From positions 832,001 through 896,000 of the forward strand of contig CAWBZV010000002.1 of assembly GCA_963793305.1 (NCBI GenBank): a stretch of DNA of 64,000 nucleotides. Reading direction: 5' to 3'. A program made the position numbers and the translations under genes. The notes under the pieces are model-generated. The model was given only the letters and a program-made list of their open reading frames with translations. It was not told where the DNA came from and did not search any database. Each line of letters opens with the position of its first letter. Positions within the stretch are counted from its first letter, which is position 1. Positions 24,785 through 36,509 of the stretch are shown here, piece by piece. The DNA is from an uncultured Gemmatimonadales bacterium (GTDB lineage: Bacteria > Gemmatimonadota > Gemmatimonadetes > Gemmatimonadales > Gemmatimonadaceae).

Positions 24785-26313
24785 CCGTCACGACGGCTGC
24801 TGAGAGCGCCGAACACGATTCCAAGGCAATCGCGGGCGGCATACCGTCCCGTGCGCTCATGCGAGCCGCCGGTCTCGCGGCCGCGGCTGAGATCATCCGC
24901 CGCTATCCCGTTCGCGCGTCGCGCGGTGTGTCCGTCTTCGCCGGCCCGGGGAACAACGGCGGCGATGCGTGGGTGGTGGCGGGGGCTCTCGCGCGCGCGG
25001 GTATTTCCGTTCGTGTCACCGAAGTCATGCCGCCGCGCACGCCGGACGCCGAGGCGGAGCGTGCCGCTGCCGTGTCGTTGGTATCGGTCGGCCGACCGTT
25101 GGGCTTTGAGCGTCTCATCGTCGATGGCCTGCTCGGGACCAGCAGCACGGGAGCGCCACGCTCGCCTATCGCCGAGGCAATCGACTCGATCGCCGCGCGC
25201 CGCGCAGCGGGCGCGCTCGTTGTCGCCCTCGACATCCCGAGCGGTGTCGACGCCACGACTGGTGCTGCGGAGCACGCGGTAGGAGCGGATCTCACGCTGA
25301 CATTCGGCACGATGAAGACGGGCTTACTTGTCGCACGCGGATCCGCTGGCCGCGTAGCGGTGCTCGACATCGCCTTGCCGCTGCGCGACGGCGGTCCGAC
25401 GCTCGTCGATGCCCCATGGGTCCGCCTGCATACGCCGGCGATCGCGGCTGACGCGAACAAGGGTACGCGCCGTCGACTCGCGATCGTCGCCGGTGGGCCA
25501 TCGATGATGGGCGCTGCCGTACTTGCCGCGCGCGCCGCGCATGCGAGCGGAGTTGGGCTCGTGCGTCTTTTCGTGGCGCCGGAGAACGTGTCGGTCGCGC
25601 AGACGATCGCGCCGGAGTCGCTGGCGTTTCCGTGGCCCACGGACGACGCGACAGTGGACCGCGAGATTACCGGGTACGCCCACGCGGTCCTCATCGGTCC
25701 TGGGCTGGGCACCACCGACGCCGCGCGCGCAGTGCTGGCACGCGTGCTTTCGCGTTGGCATGGTCCGACGGTTGTCGATGCCGATGCGCTGAATATTTAC
25801 GCCGGTCGGGTAAGCGAGCTGGCTACCGCACTCGGAGGCCGCCCGGCGTTGCTCACGCCACACCCGGCCGAGTTCGGCCGCCTGGTCGGACGTACGGTCG
25901 ATCAGGTGCTCGCCGAGCGCTTTCAGACAGGCGCTACTCTGGCGCGTAACCTCGGCGCAGGGACGACGGTGCTGCTCAAGGGCGTGCCGACGGTCATCTC
26001 GTCGGCCTCGGGCGATCGCATCGTGAGCGCCGCCGGCACGCCAGCGCTTGCGACGGGTGGCAGCGGCGACCTCCTCGCCGGGATAGCGGGCACGTTGCTC
26101 GCCCAGACGGAAGATCCATTCACGAGCGCCGGCATCGCTGCCTGGATCCACGGGACGGCGGCCGAGATCGCCAACGCCGATCGCACCACGCGCGCGGTCA
26201 CACTCGACGACGTTGCGGCATCCCTCAGCGGTGCGTGGGAGCGAGCGTTCTCGCCGCAGGTGCCGAGCTACCCGGTTCTCGCCGAGCTTCCGTCGGTCGG
26301 CGATCACTTGTGA
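24760..26313 (+). CDS. nnr: Bifunctional NAD(P)H-hydrate epimerase/dehydratase
   Basis: GPGNNGGD, DIPSG, VDADALN, LTPHPAEF, TGGSGDLLAG. Confidence 0.93.
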   Translation: MERRPAGVAVTTAAESAEHDSKAIAGGIPSRALMRAAGLAAAAEIIRRYPVRASRGVSVFAGPGNNGGDAWVVAGALARAGISVRVTEVMPPRTPDAEAERAAAVSLVSVGRPLGFERLIVDGLLGTSSTGAPRSPIAEAIDSIAARRAAGALVVALDIPSGVDATTGAAEHAVGADLTLTFGTMKTGLLVARGSAGRVAVLDIALPLRDGGPTLVDAPWVRLHTPAIAADANKGTRRRLAIVAGGPSMMGAAVLAARAAHASGVGLVRLFVAPENVSVAQTIAPESLAFPWPTDDATVDREITGYAHAVLIGPGLGTTDAARAVLARVLSRWHGPTVVDADALNIYAGRVSELATALGGRPALLTPHPAEFGRLVGRTVDQVLAERFQTGATLARNLGAGTTVLLKGVPTVISSASGDRIVSAAGTPALATGGSGDLLAGIAGTLLAQTEDPFTSAGIAAWIHGTAAEIANADRTTRAVTLDDVAASLSGAWERAFSPQVPSYPVLAELPSVGDHL

Positions 26314-27233
26314 GTGAGTTTGATGTAATCCGTACCATGCTGGCCCGTTGGGGGCAGTCGGCGGTGGGGATCGGCGGCGATGCCGCGGAGCTCGTGGTGC
26401 CGGACGGCCAACGACTGCTGGTGAGCACAGACACGAGCGTCGAAGGCGTCCACTTTCGTCGCGACTGGCTGTCGCCGACCGAGATAGGTTATCGCGCGAC
26501 GGCCGCCGCCTTGAGCGATCTCGCAGCCGTCGCTGCCACACCGCTCGCTCTCCTCTTGGCGCTCACGCTGCCCGATTCGTGGCTCGCGGCCGTGCCCGAC
26601 ATTGCGAGTGGCGTTGGCGAAGCCGCGCGCGCAGCGCGCGCTCATATAGTAGGCGGCGATGTCGTTCGCGGAGACGCACTGTCGCTCACGATCACAGTGC
26701 TCGGCGTCGCCGCTCACCCCTGGTCGCGCGCCGCTGCCCGTCCCGGCGGCCGAGTCTACGTCACCGGCGTGCTCGGCGGCCCCTCGGTCGCACTGCGTTC
26801 GCTGTCCGCGGGTCGTACCCCGGACCCAACATTGCGCATGCGTTTCGCGCACCCGGAGGCGCGCCTATTGGAGTCGCGCTGGCTCGCGAATCACGGCGTC
26901 GTTGCCGCGATCGACATCTCCGATGGGTTGGTCGCAGACGCTCGCCACATTGCCGCCGCCAGCCATGTCCAACTCACGCTCGACTTGTCTCACCTGCCGC
27001 ACGTCGATGGCATTGAGCCACTCGACGCCGCAGCGTCGGGCGAGGAATACGAACTCCTGGTTGTCACTCGCCCGGATGCCGAGCTCGACGCAGCGGCATT
27101 CACTCGCGCTTTCGGCCTTCCACTGACCGAGATCGGCACGGTCGACGCCGACGAGGCGGAGGGCCGCGTCGAGGTAACGCTCGGCAGTACCCGCGTTGAC
27201 CCGCCTGGTGGCTACGATCACTTTTCAAGTTGA
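26310..27233 (+). CDS. thiL: Thiamine-monophosphate kinase
   Basis: SEFDVI, GDAA, VEGVHF, LSDLAA, DISDGL, GEEYELL, GYDHF; GTG overlaps nnr stop. Confidence 0.93.
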   Translation: MSEFDVIRTMLARWGQSAVGIGGDAAELVVPDGQRLLVSTDTSVEGVHFRRDWLSPTEIGYRATAAALSDLAAVAATPLALLLALTLPDSWLAAVPDIASGVGEAARAARAHIVGGDVVRGDALSLTITVLGVAAHPWSRAAARPGGRVYVTGVLGGPSVALRSLSAGRTPDPTLRMRFAHPEARLLESRWLANHGVVAAIDISDGLVADARHIAAASHVQLTLDLSHLPHVDGIEPLDAAASGEEYELLVVTRPDAELDAAAFTRAFGLPLTEIGTVDADEAEGRVEVTLGSTRVDPPGGYDHFSS

Positions 27234-28012
27234 TGGCCTGGATCCGAACGCTGTGCGTCGCCGCCGTTATAGTCGTTCTGACGCCGCCCTACGCGGCGTT
27301 AGCCGTCATTGCCGCGGCCTTGGGCGTCAAGGACCGCCCTGGCGGGGTCTACGACTGGATCGCGCATACGTGGACACTCGCGATCGTCTCCGCCGCCGGG
27401 ATCCGCGTTCGCGTGCATGGCGCCGAGCGCCTCGCCGAGTCGAGGACGGCCCCGCGGATTTTCGCGTCGAACCATGTGAGCTGGTTCGACGTGTTTGTGT
27501 TGGGGTCGATCCTCCCGCGTTTCGCGTTCGTGGCGAAGGCGGAGATCCTCAAAATTCCGATCTTCGGCCCCGGCGCGCGCGCGATCGGCACGGTGCCGAT
27601 CGACCGCAACAATCGGAAGTCCGCGTTTGCATCGTACGAAGAAGCGGCCACCCGGATCGCCCGGGGGCGCTCGGTGATCGTGTTTCCCGAGGGGACGCGC
27701 GGCACCGCGTATCCGCTTCGTCCGTTCAAAAAGGGGCCGTTCGTACTGGCCATCGCGGCGCAGGCGTCGGTCGTGCCGACGGTTGTGTACGGGACCCTGC
27801 CGATCTTTCCGCGTGACGCGTACCGCATGCAGACGGGTGGCGGGGTCGTCGACGTCGAATTTCTCGAGCCGGTGCCGACTGAGGGGCTGGATTACGAGGC
27901 GCGTGACGCGTTGAGCCAAACGGTCTACGACCGTATGGCGGAAGCGCTCGCCAGGCATGGTGTCGAGCCCCTGTCGGTCACCGCGCCTCGGGTCATGACG
28001 CCCGACGATTGA
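27230..28012 (+). CDS. plsC: 1-acyl-sn-glycerol-3-phosphate acyltransferase
   Basis: NHVSWFD (HX4D), FPEGTR, PFKKG. Confidence 0.9.
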   Translation: MMAWIRTLCVAAVIVVLTPPYAALAVIAAALGVKDRPGGVYDWIAHTWTLAIVSAAGIRVRVHGAERLAESRTAPRIFASNHVSWFDVFVLGSILPRFAFVAKAEILKIPIFGPGARAIGTVPIDRNNRKSAFASYEEAATRIARGRSVIVFPEGTRGTAYPLRPFKKGPFVLAIAAQASVVPTVVYGTLPIFPRDAYRMQTGGGVVDVEFLEPVPTEGLDYEARDALSQTVYDRMAEALARHGVEPLSVTAPRVMTPDD

Positions 28013-28020
28013 CCGGCTAG

Positions 28021-29319
<1,299 letters not shown>

Positions 29320-29322
29320 CTG

Positions 29323-29634
29323 ATGCTCGCGCGCGTGGGCTGGGGATTCGCGGCGCTGGTCGTGCTGCTCTACGCGATCGAGGGTGGCGAGTACGGCACC
29401 TCGGACCTCATTCACCTGCATTCGCGCCACCGCGCCCTCGTGGCGCGGATCGACTCGCTGCAGCATCGCATCGACTCCTTGTCCACGCTCGCGCACGCCA
29501 TCGAGACCGATCCCGCGGTGCAGGAGCGTATCGCGCGAGAAGAGTTCGGCATGGTACGCGGTGCAAAGGAGTTGCTCTACCGGTTCGCGCCGCCCTCAGT
29601 GCACGAGATGCCGCACGACCACGAACTCCGGTAG
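29323..29634 (+). CDS. ftsB: FtsB/DivIC septum formation initiator
   Basis: TM + coiled coil + ERIAREEFGMV; canonical position after eno. Confidence 0.8.
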   Translation: MLARVGWGFAALVVLLYAIEGGEYGTSDLIHLHSRHRALVARIDSLQHRIDSLSTLAHAIETDPAVQERIAREEFGMVRGAKELLYRFAPPSVHEMPHDHELR

Positions 29635-30058
29635 ATAGAAGGGCGGCAACTCGTCATCGGGCAGATCCTTGATGCGCCGGATGAATTCCCGGAAGCCGCG
29701 CGCGTACATGTTCCCGTCGGTCGTGATGATATCGTATTCGTTCATCGCGGCGTGCTCGAACACGGCGCGGTCGGCGCGTGGGACGAGGTGTGGTTGCCAC
29801 GCCAACTTGCGCGGGCCGGCGGCGAACGAGTTGAGATATTTGTCGAACCCGATGACGCGCTTGGTGACGTCTTTCCGGATATGGAATCGCCCGAGCACGG
29901 CGTCCGGTGCGGGATTGCACTCGTCGAGGACTTCCTGGATCGTGAACAGCGATCCGGGGTGGGCGCGAAGCGCCATATGCATGGAGCCGTCGCGTGCCGC
30001 GAGCTCCTTGCCGAGTCCCTGCAGGACTCCGGCGTCGATCATGTATTGCGTGCCCATG
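29596..30058 (-). CDS. Hypothetical protein
   Basis: Globular-looking ORF with GC3-biased codons; no recognised motif. Confidence 0.55.
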
Positions 30059-30132
30059 TGCCCTCGCACTCGGTGACTGGGCCAATGTATATGGCAGGGC
30101 TCAACTTGAACGCTCTGGCACGTTGAGTTCCC

Positions 30133-30160
30133 TTGACTTCATGTAACACCCCAGTACCTT
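30133..30160 (+). promoter_or_regulatory. Putative sigma70 promoter of tRNA-fMet
   Basis: TTGACT (30133-38), 16 nt spacer, TACCTT (30155-60), 12 nt before the tRNA. Confidence 0.55.
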
Positions 30161-30172
30161 TGACCACACTGA

Positions 30173-30246
<74 letters not shown>

Positions 30247-30261
30247 TGGTCCTTGAATACG

Positions 30262-30302
30262 AATCCGCGCGGCTAACTCACTTGAGTTGGTCGCGCGGAT
30301 TT
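30262..30302 (+). terminator. Long hairpin after tRNA-fMet
   Basis: AATCCGCGCGGCTAACTCA-CT-TGAGTTGGTCGCGCGGATT. Confidence 0.65.
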
Positions 30303-30669
30303 GCATTGGGTGTCAGCAGGTACGGTCGGGGTTGCGCTTTGTACCGCAAAGGAAGGCGAATGCCGCGCGATCCCTCGTCGTCCGGGGCACGTAACGCGAC
30401 GATTGCCGCCTGGGTGTCGGAGACGCGGATAGGTGGATCGTCATTGGTACCGTTCCGCATATCAGCCGCTGCGTTCTTGGACGTTGCGGCTTTGTTCACC
30501 GCAAGCCGCCGCCGCCACGGCATTGGCGGTGCTCGCGGACGGGCGGCCATTCGTGCCTTCGCCGCGAGTGCATTAGCATTGGCAGTGTCATGGTATGTGG
30601 AGGTGACTAGCCGTCCAACTGACTGCGTCAGGTGGCACGTGCTCCGGTACCAAGAGCGCGCCCCGCCCT

Positions 30670-30930
30670 CTACGTGCGCTTACGACGTTGTTTCGTCGAA
30701 GGGGTTGGCTTCTTCTTCTCTGGTCCTGACGCGACCGGGGTCACATCAAATGGTCCGAGCCGCCCGCGCTCTGCCAGCCATGCATACTCGACCGGATGCC
30801 GATTGCGACGCATGCCCCCGAGGTCGATCCGACTGGCGGCTTTCTGGACCGCATCACGGACGCTCGCCCAACGAGCCTCGAGCTCCCGAAGGTCCCACGT
30901 CTTATAGTCGGTTGGATTGATCTTGGTCAT
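30670..30930 (-). CDS. Small basic hypothetical protein coupled to the nucleotidyltransferase gene
   Basis: ATGA overlap with the upstream ORF at 30927-30930. Confidence 0.55.
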   Translation of the reverse strand: MTKINPTDYKTWDLRELEARWASVRDAVQKAASRIDLGGMRRNRHPVEYAWLAERGRLGPFDVTPVASGPEKKKPTPSTKQRRKRT

Positions 30931-31658
30931 TGGGGCGGCCCACGCCGGCGAGTTGGTTTCTTCTGTAGGGTCGCATCGGTGCCCTGATGTCGCAACTCCG
31001 GCGGTCGTCTACGCAACTGCTCACGGGCCTCGATGAGCGCCTCGTCGGTGACAGTCGCCTCGGGCCTGTCAGCGAATGCGCGGAGCACTTCGTACGCCGC
31101 CGCCGCCCGCTCGCGGCGCAGCAGATCTGCCAGTAGGGCCTGATCGATCCGATCTCCAAGGGCCTGGAGCAGGAGAATCGCCTGCTTGGCATGAGGCAGG
31201 TTGCCTGTCTGATCGTACTCGACGATGCGTCCGACGATGACGGCTTCCTTCACCACGACCCGCAGTCGATACGGTCCGACCTGAGTCTCTTCCACTGGAT
31301 CTTCCAGCAGACTACCAGGCACCTCGACGAATATATCCTCGCGAGCCCAGTGTCGCGCGGGCAGTTTCTTGAACCCCAACGCCCCAAACACAGGATCGAG
31401 CACGAGGCGCGGGGACGACTTCACCAGGGGCTCGACGACGAGGTCGATGTCCTCCGTCTCGTAGGCGCCGGGCGCGTAGAACTCGATCGCACCGCCACCC
31501 ACCAACGTGGCACGACACTCATATCGGCGGAACGCCTCCGACAGCAAGGCTGTGATCAGCACGAGACGCCTGGCGTGCTGAGTGTCGTCCTGGAGCTTCG
31601 GATCCGCGGCAATGGCGTCCAGGGTCTGCCGCAGGTCTGACAGGTCGATATCGGTCAT
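30927..31658 (-). CDS. Pol-beta-superfamily nucleotidyltransferase-like protein (DUF6036-like)
   Basis: LVGGGAIEFY....ETEDIDLVV (GG...DxD) plus helical C-terminus. Confidence 0.7.
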   Translation of the reverse strand: MTDIDLSDLRQTLDAIAADPKLQDDTQHARRLVLITALLSEAFRRYECRATLVGGGAIEFYAPGAYETEDIDLVVEPLVKSSPRLVLDPVFGALGFKKLPARHWAREDIFVEVPGSLLEDPVEETQVGPYRLRVVVKEAVIVGRIVEYDQTGNLPHAKQAILLLQALGDRIDQALLADLLRRERAAAAYEVLRAFADRPEATVTDEALIEAREQLRRRPPELRHQGTDATLQKKPTRRRGPPQ

Positions 31659-31903
31659 CGCGCAGCGCAGCAACGTCCGGGCATAGGCAAACAGTACCAG
31701 CCCGCGTCAGTCGAGTCTAGTCGCGCTGCGGGTTTCTCGGGATGCGCTGGCGAAATCCCGATCGGCAACCCGAGCGAGAAGATCCGTCGGCCTTATGCCC
31801 AATTCTATATCTGGTCCTTTGTTCTTCGAGCGCCCTCAATACAGCGCCACACCGCTCTCGGGCGTGTCGACCCGAGAGCACCCCAACGTCATTCGGACGG
31901 TCC

Positions 31904-33040
31904 CTACGGAGCAGGTCGCCACCATTGCAGCACGCGCAGGGCATTCCCAAAGCATATCTGATCGGCCGGACCCTGATGATAGTGCGCGATGAGTCGCTTG
32001 CGCACCTCCTTGAATACCGCGGGGCTCTTGAGCCCCTTCAAGGTTGGTTGGATAAAACCATCCATGTCGGACCCGATGGCGATGTGGTCGTACGACCCGC
32101 CCGTCGTATCGTGAATGAGATCGATGTGACGAAAGATCAATGCCATTGTTTCGTCAAACGTCGTGGGCCTTTTGAGCTTGCCCTCTGTCATCCAATGCTC
32201 GCACGCTATCAGCCCGACCACGCCCCCGCGGGCAGCCACCGCTTGAATGTGCTCTGGTCGAATATTGTATTCCGGCGCGTCATGGGTCAGTGCGCACGCG
32301 GCGTGCGTCGCCATGAGTGGGACACCGGGATCCAGATAGTCCAACGTCCGTTGGATCGAAGTGTAGCTCATGTGCGTGATGTCGATCAGGATCCGCTGCT
32401 TCACCATTTCGTCGATCAACGCAAAGCCAAGCTCTTGTAGGCCATCAGGTGGTTGAGGGCAGAGAAAGCGATAGACGTTGTCAGAGACCACTGGAATCGC
32501 CGGCGCGTTCGTGGCCACCTGGCGATAGAACAGATGCGCCACAGTGATGTAAGCCACCCCCAACCCGGCCAGGGTTCGCACGCTGTCGCGTATCTCGTCG
32601 GGGTTGCTTCCCATGTAGATGCCGCCTTCGATCGCGTGGATGAGCGCGACCTGGTTGGCGGCCATCGCGTTATCGAGCTCGGCGTGGTCGTGGACGACGA
32701 TCCCACCGTTGGCTTTCACGTCCTTCTCGACCGCAGTTATGAGCTTGCGGAGATGATCGACGTAGCGTTCGTCTGGTGGCGCTCCGTAGTGTTTCGACAA
32801 ATCGATTTCGTCGAATGGTTTCAGCAGAACTGAGAGTGACACCATCACTCTCCCCTTGCGCAGGCTGTCGATGGTGACGACCGTCGAGTTGAAGAGCTTC
32901 TGGGCCAAATAAAAGACGAACTGGCGAAGCCAGTCTCGCGGTCCGGCATTCGGGTTATGAAGTTCTCGCGTGTTGAAGGATTTCGCCCGCGGTGTCTCCG
33001 CGAGGTGCATCGGGTAATGGCAGTGGAGGTCGACTACCAT
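31904..33040 (-). CDS. Membrane dipeptidase family (M19) metallohydrolase
   Basis: DLHCH, AIEG, IDITHMS, ATH, IGSDMDG, NALRV. Confidence 0.85.
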   Translation of the reverse strand: MVVDLHCHYPMHLAETPRAKSFNTRELHNPNAGPRDWLRQFVFYLAQKLFNSTVVTIDSLRKGRVMVSLSVLLKPFDEIDLSKHYGAPPDERYVDHLRKLITAVEKDVKANGGIVVHDHAELDNAMAANQVALIHAIEGGIYMGSNPDEIRDSVRTLAGLGVAYITVAHLFYRQVATNAPAIPVVSDNVYRFLCPQPPDGLQELGFALIDEMVKQRILIDITHMSYTSIQRTLDYLDPGVPLMATHAACALTHDAPEYNIRPEHIQAVAARGGVVGLIACEHWMTEGKLKRPTTFDETMALIFRHIDLIHDTTGGSYDHIAIGSDMDGFIQPTLKGLKSPAVFKEVRKRLIAHYHQGPADQICFGNALRVLQWWRPAP

Positions 33041-33509
33041 ATCGGGCGATTGCCCCGCACCCTTACGTCGCCCGCTCGTCGCGAGCCGTGACCTAATCCG
33101 GTGAGGCAACACGGGTTCCTCGAGGTGGAGGTGACGCAACTATTCAGCTGGCCATGCGCCCGGGAGCGTCGCCTACAATCGTAACGCGTATCGCCGCCGC
33201 CGTTCCACGCAAAGGGTGTGTGATTCCGATTGCGTGTGCCTTCTGCCGAACGCCGTGGCATTGGCAGGTGTCGTGACTTGAAGTCGCTTGCCAGAGTATT
33301 GGCGAACGCGGCTGCGCGGAAGGGCGGATTTGCGACGCGAACATGCACTATTCTGACATTGTCTGCACGTGCTTCGCTCTGGCGGTTACGGTTTCAGTGA
33401 CGGTTTTGCACGCGAATTGAATGCATTCGCTAGTTGTTCCGTCTCTTTTTTCACCTGTAAATCCATATTTTGGCGCGAGATGCGATCAGGCATATCGGAT
33501 CTGCCCGGC

Positions 33510-33542
33510 AAGGTCGCGGGTTCAAGTCCCGCCCCCGCTATG
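33510..33542 (+). repeat. attR-like duplicate of tRNA-fMet 3' end
   Basis: aaggtcgcgggttcaagtcccgcccccgctatg vs aaggtcgcgggttcaaatcccgcccccgctatg. Confidence 0.9.
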
Positions 33543-33558
33543 CGAGTTGAACAGAGAT

Positions 33559-33598
33559 CCGCCGAGTTAACTCCTTGGAGTTGGCTCGGCGGTTTTTT
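33559..33598 (+). terminator. Intrinsic terminator, probably the original tRNA-fMet terminator
   Basis: CCGCCGAGTTAACTCC-TT-GGAGTTGGCTCGGCGG then T6. Confidence 0.8.
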
Positions 33599-34106
33599 GC
33601 GCACTGTGGGCCAGGATGCGACCTGCGATAACGACGGAAGCCATGAGAACCCCCACGGCAAATGTGCGGACCAACCCCGCCAGGCGCGTGTCGTAAGGAA
33701 GCATGTGCATGCTGTCCAGCAGGTAGTGCCAGTCGTGCAACGGGTCGTCGGAGAAGCCGACCAACTGCAGGGCCATGGTCCGCGCGTCGCCGATGTAGTT
33801 CGCGAGATTCGTCAGGCTGTAGGCGAGCCATGTGCCGACGACGGCAACGCCATAGCGATCATCCTGGCGCAGCAGCATCAGGGCCGCGGCGATGGGAGCC
33901 GCCACCTGAGTGACACTGCCGCCGGCGATGGTGAGCCACTGTCCGAACGGGCTGAAGAGCAGGTGACCGCCCTCGTGGATGGCGAGCGTCAGGCCGCCAA
34001 ATACGTTCCACGTCTCGCTATCCACCATCGTGCGCACATCGCCCCATACGAGGGCTACGAGCAGCGTGACGCGTGGAAGGAGCCAACTCCAACGGATCGT
34101 GGGCAT
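33567..34106 (-). CDS. Membrane protein with HExxH motif (M50-like)
   Basis: LAIHEGGHLLF in a TM segment; YIGDAR; HDW. Confidence 0.7.
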   Translation of the reverse strand: MPTIRWSWLLPRVTLLVALVWGDVRTMVDSETWNVFGGLTLAIHEGGHLLFSPFGQWLTIAGGSVTQVAAPIAAALMLLRQDDRYGVAVVGTWLAYSLTNLANYIGDARTMALQLVGFSDDPLHDWHYLLDSMHMLPYDTRLAGLVRTFAVGVLMASVVIAGRILAHSAQKTAEPTPRS

Positions 34107-34144
34107 CCTGATGGGACGACTACGACGGCGCCGAGGTCGCGCAT

Positions 34145-34876
34145 CTAACGAAGAAGCCGCGTCGCGAGGAAGACACCCCATAAGATGAGGACCACTCCGG
34201 CGCCGCGATCTAGGCGCCAGCTCGCCGGCGCGATTTTCTCGCCGAGCATGAACAAAGAGAGCGCTCCCATCCACGCCAGGTTCATGGCGCCGAAGACGAA
34301 CATCAGTCCCATCAAGGCCCAGCAGCAGGCGACACAATAGCTCCCGTGCCGCACGCCGAGCACGAATGCAGCCCGATCGCCGTCGCGCCAGTTGGCGAGA
34401 AAGAAGGGGAAGGGTGACCGGCACTGCGTCAGGCACGCATCCTTGGCCGACGTGAACTGGAAAGTGCCGGCCAACAACAGCAGCGCTGCGCTGAGCACGA
34501 CGCTGGTACTGTGCAGCGTGGGAGCGAGGAGGGACGCGCGCGAGAGCGCCACTTGGCCCGCTGCCGCAAAGGCGGAATATGCGGTCCATACGGCGACATA
34601 GCCCGAAACGAACAAAGCCGTCGCCGGTGCTGAACCAACCGCGGACATGCGCTTTCGCGCAAAACCGCCAAAGACGTTGATCGCCCGAGCCGCCGTGGGT
34701 AGCATCATCGCCACCATCATGACGGTCCATAGCAGGAAGGCGGCCGCAAATTGTTCCACGGGCGCGCCGCTCCCGTGGCGCGGCATGTTCATGCGGGCGA
34801 GATACAACCAACTCAGCGCGATCACCGCAATGAGACCGCCCATTGCGAGGATGCGGTCACGCCACCATGCCACCAC
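34145..34876 (-). CDS. DUF2182 metal-binding membrane protein
   Basis: WTVMMVAMMLP, KDACLTQCRSP, YCVACCWALM, EK motifs. Confidence 0.88.
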   Translation of the reverse strand: MVAWWRDRILAMGGLIAVIALSWLYLARMNMPRHGSGAPVEQFAAAFLLWTVMMVAMMLPTAARAINVFGGFARKRMSAVGSAPATALFVSGYVAVWTAYSAFAAAGQVALSRASLLAPTLHSTSVVLSAALLLLAGTFQFTSAKDACLTQCRSPFPFFLANWRDGDRAAFVLGVRHGSYCVACCWALMGLMFVFGAMNLAWMGALSLFMLGEKIAPASWRLDRGAGVVLILWGVFLATRLLR

Positions 34877-34878
34877 GG

Positions 34879-35482
34879 TCAGGCGCCGCTATAAGAAAAA
34901 TCGGAGAGATATCCGTTGCGGCCAGAAAGCTTCCAATCGTACCCATAGTCCGATAACCGGAAATGCTTGGAGCGCGCGACCATCGCGGGCACACCTGGTG
35001 CGATGCAAACCGGATGGTTCTCGATAGTGATCGGTTTGCCGTCTTGGCCTTCGAGCACCTCGAGCTCGGCGTCGACGATCCCGGGAATCTCCAGGCTTCG
35101 ATTCTTGCCGTTGCCCTGATAGCGCATCGGGACGCTCTTCGTGCCCAATAGCTCGCCGACAAAAGAATGCCAGCACCGCCGGGTGACCGCCGGCGTGTCC
35201 AGAAAAAATCGTCAGCAATGCGTTCTTTTGAGCCTCGCTGGCCTTCTCATCTATATAGGCTGCCGCCTTCCATTTGCTCTCGACCATGTTGCCCGTCGCA
35301 TCCACCAGGAGGGCGACATTCAAACCGTCGAGCGCGAGGTCACCGAACGTGCCATGCTTGATGTTCCACGCCACGATGGCGGTGCAAAAGCCCTCGGTCG
35401 GCGGGCTGGCGAACGCGCATGGACAACCGACGTTGCAGTTGCACGTCTCGAAGTAGGTGCCGGTGAGCTTCCATTGCGTCAT
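34879..35482 (-). CDS. DUF1326 protein, 1-nt insertion near 35166
   Basis: FETCNCNVGCPC...PTEGFC; usual partner of DUF2182; C-part in ORF 34879-35148. Confidence 0.85.
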
Positions 35483-35548
35483 GACGCCGACGGTAACGAC
35501 CGGCAACGGGCTGGTATTGTAAAAATGCGGCGCGCTGGCGAGCCGCCA

Positions 35549-36373
35549 TCACACCACGGGCTGCAGCTCCAGCAAGCCCGAGAACCGAATGGTCGGGGAG
35601 GCTCGCATCTGCGGATAGAGCGCGTCAGGGCTCATTCCGTACAGCTCGAGACAATCATGGATCATGTGGCTCTGATCGTAGTAGCCCACCGCATGGGCCA
35701 CTTCCGCCCAGCTCAGCAGGCGTTGCTTCTGGGTGATGGCGTGACGCAATCGGATGACACGGGCGAATTTCTTCGGGGTGGCGCCGATATGATTGACGAA
35801 ACGACGCTCGAGGGCGCTCTTGCTGAGGCCGAGATGTCGGGCGAGGTGGGCAATCCGGTAGTTGCCCCGAGCGACCGTGAGCTCTTCGCAAGCTCGCCTG
35901 ACTAGCCCGTCCTCGTTTCGAGGGCTGAACGTCGACAACAGAAAGCGCTGGATGTACACCACGCGATCTTCCGCGGTCGCGATGCGAGCCAGCGCATCCT
36001 CGATCCGTTCTATCGTGTCCTTAGGAAAGAGATCCCGACAGTCGACCCGCTTCTCGGCGCACTCCTTCGCAACGCCTCGACGGAAGACGTTGACTCCCCA
36101 GGGGGTCAGGCGCGCCGACACGCCGGAGATGGTGCCGCTCCCCCGCAGGTCGCTACGGAAACTCTGAAATCCCGCGAGACCGCTCCGCGTGCGATAGGTC
36201 GCGGTCCGGTGCGCCGTGAGGAGCGGGTCCTGGTAGAGAAAGCAGAGATAGCTCGCGGTGTCGGGCAGGATCGAGAGGGACGAGGTCTCCTTGCCCGTCA
36301 GGTCCTCATAGTCCCAGAACGCGTCGATGTACGGCGCAAGCGGCGGGCAGGGACGGAACGTTCGGAGACTCAT
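35549..36373 (-). CDS. AraC-family transcriptional regulator
   Basis: PCPPLAPYIDAFW, ILPD, LERRF..HIGATPKKFAR, GYYDQSH. Confidence 0.9.
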   Translation of the reverse strand: MSLRTFRPCPPLAPYIDAFWDYEDLTGKETSSLSILPDTASYLCFLYQDPLLTAHRTATYRTRSGLAGFQSFRSDLRGSGTISGVSARLTPWGVNVFRRGVAKECAEKRVDCRDLFPKDTIERIEDALARIATAEDRVVYIQRFLLSTFSPRNEDGLVRRACEELTVARGNYRIAHLARHLGLSKSALERRFVNHIGATPKKFARVIRLRHAITQKQRLLSWAEVAHAVGYYDQSHMIHDCLELYGMSPDALYPQMRASPTIRFSGLLELQPVV

Positions 36374-36509
36374 CGGGCGTGTCCTCGACGGAGACGTGCG
36401 CGGAATATCCGCAGGCGTCGCGCGGAGCGGAAGGGCACTGACCCGACGCGCACCCTCCAGTTGACCGCGGGGCGTTGACCATTGGGGTTTTACCGTTTTT
36501 CATCCGCAC

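Noticed and set aside
34107..34811. 414-aa version of the HExxH membrane protein
   Set aside because: The extension overlaps DUF2182 in another frame; the plausible start is ATG 34106
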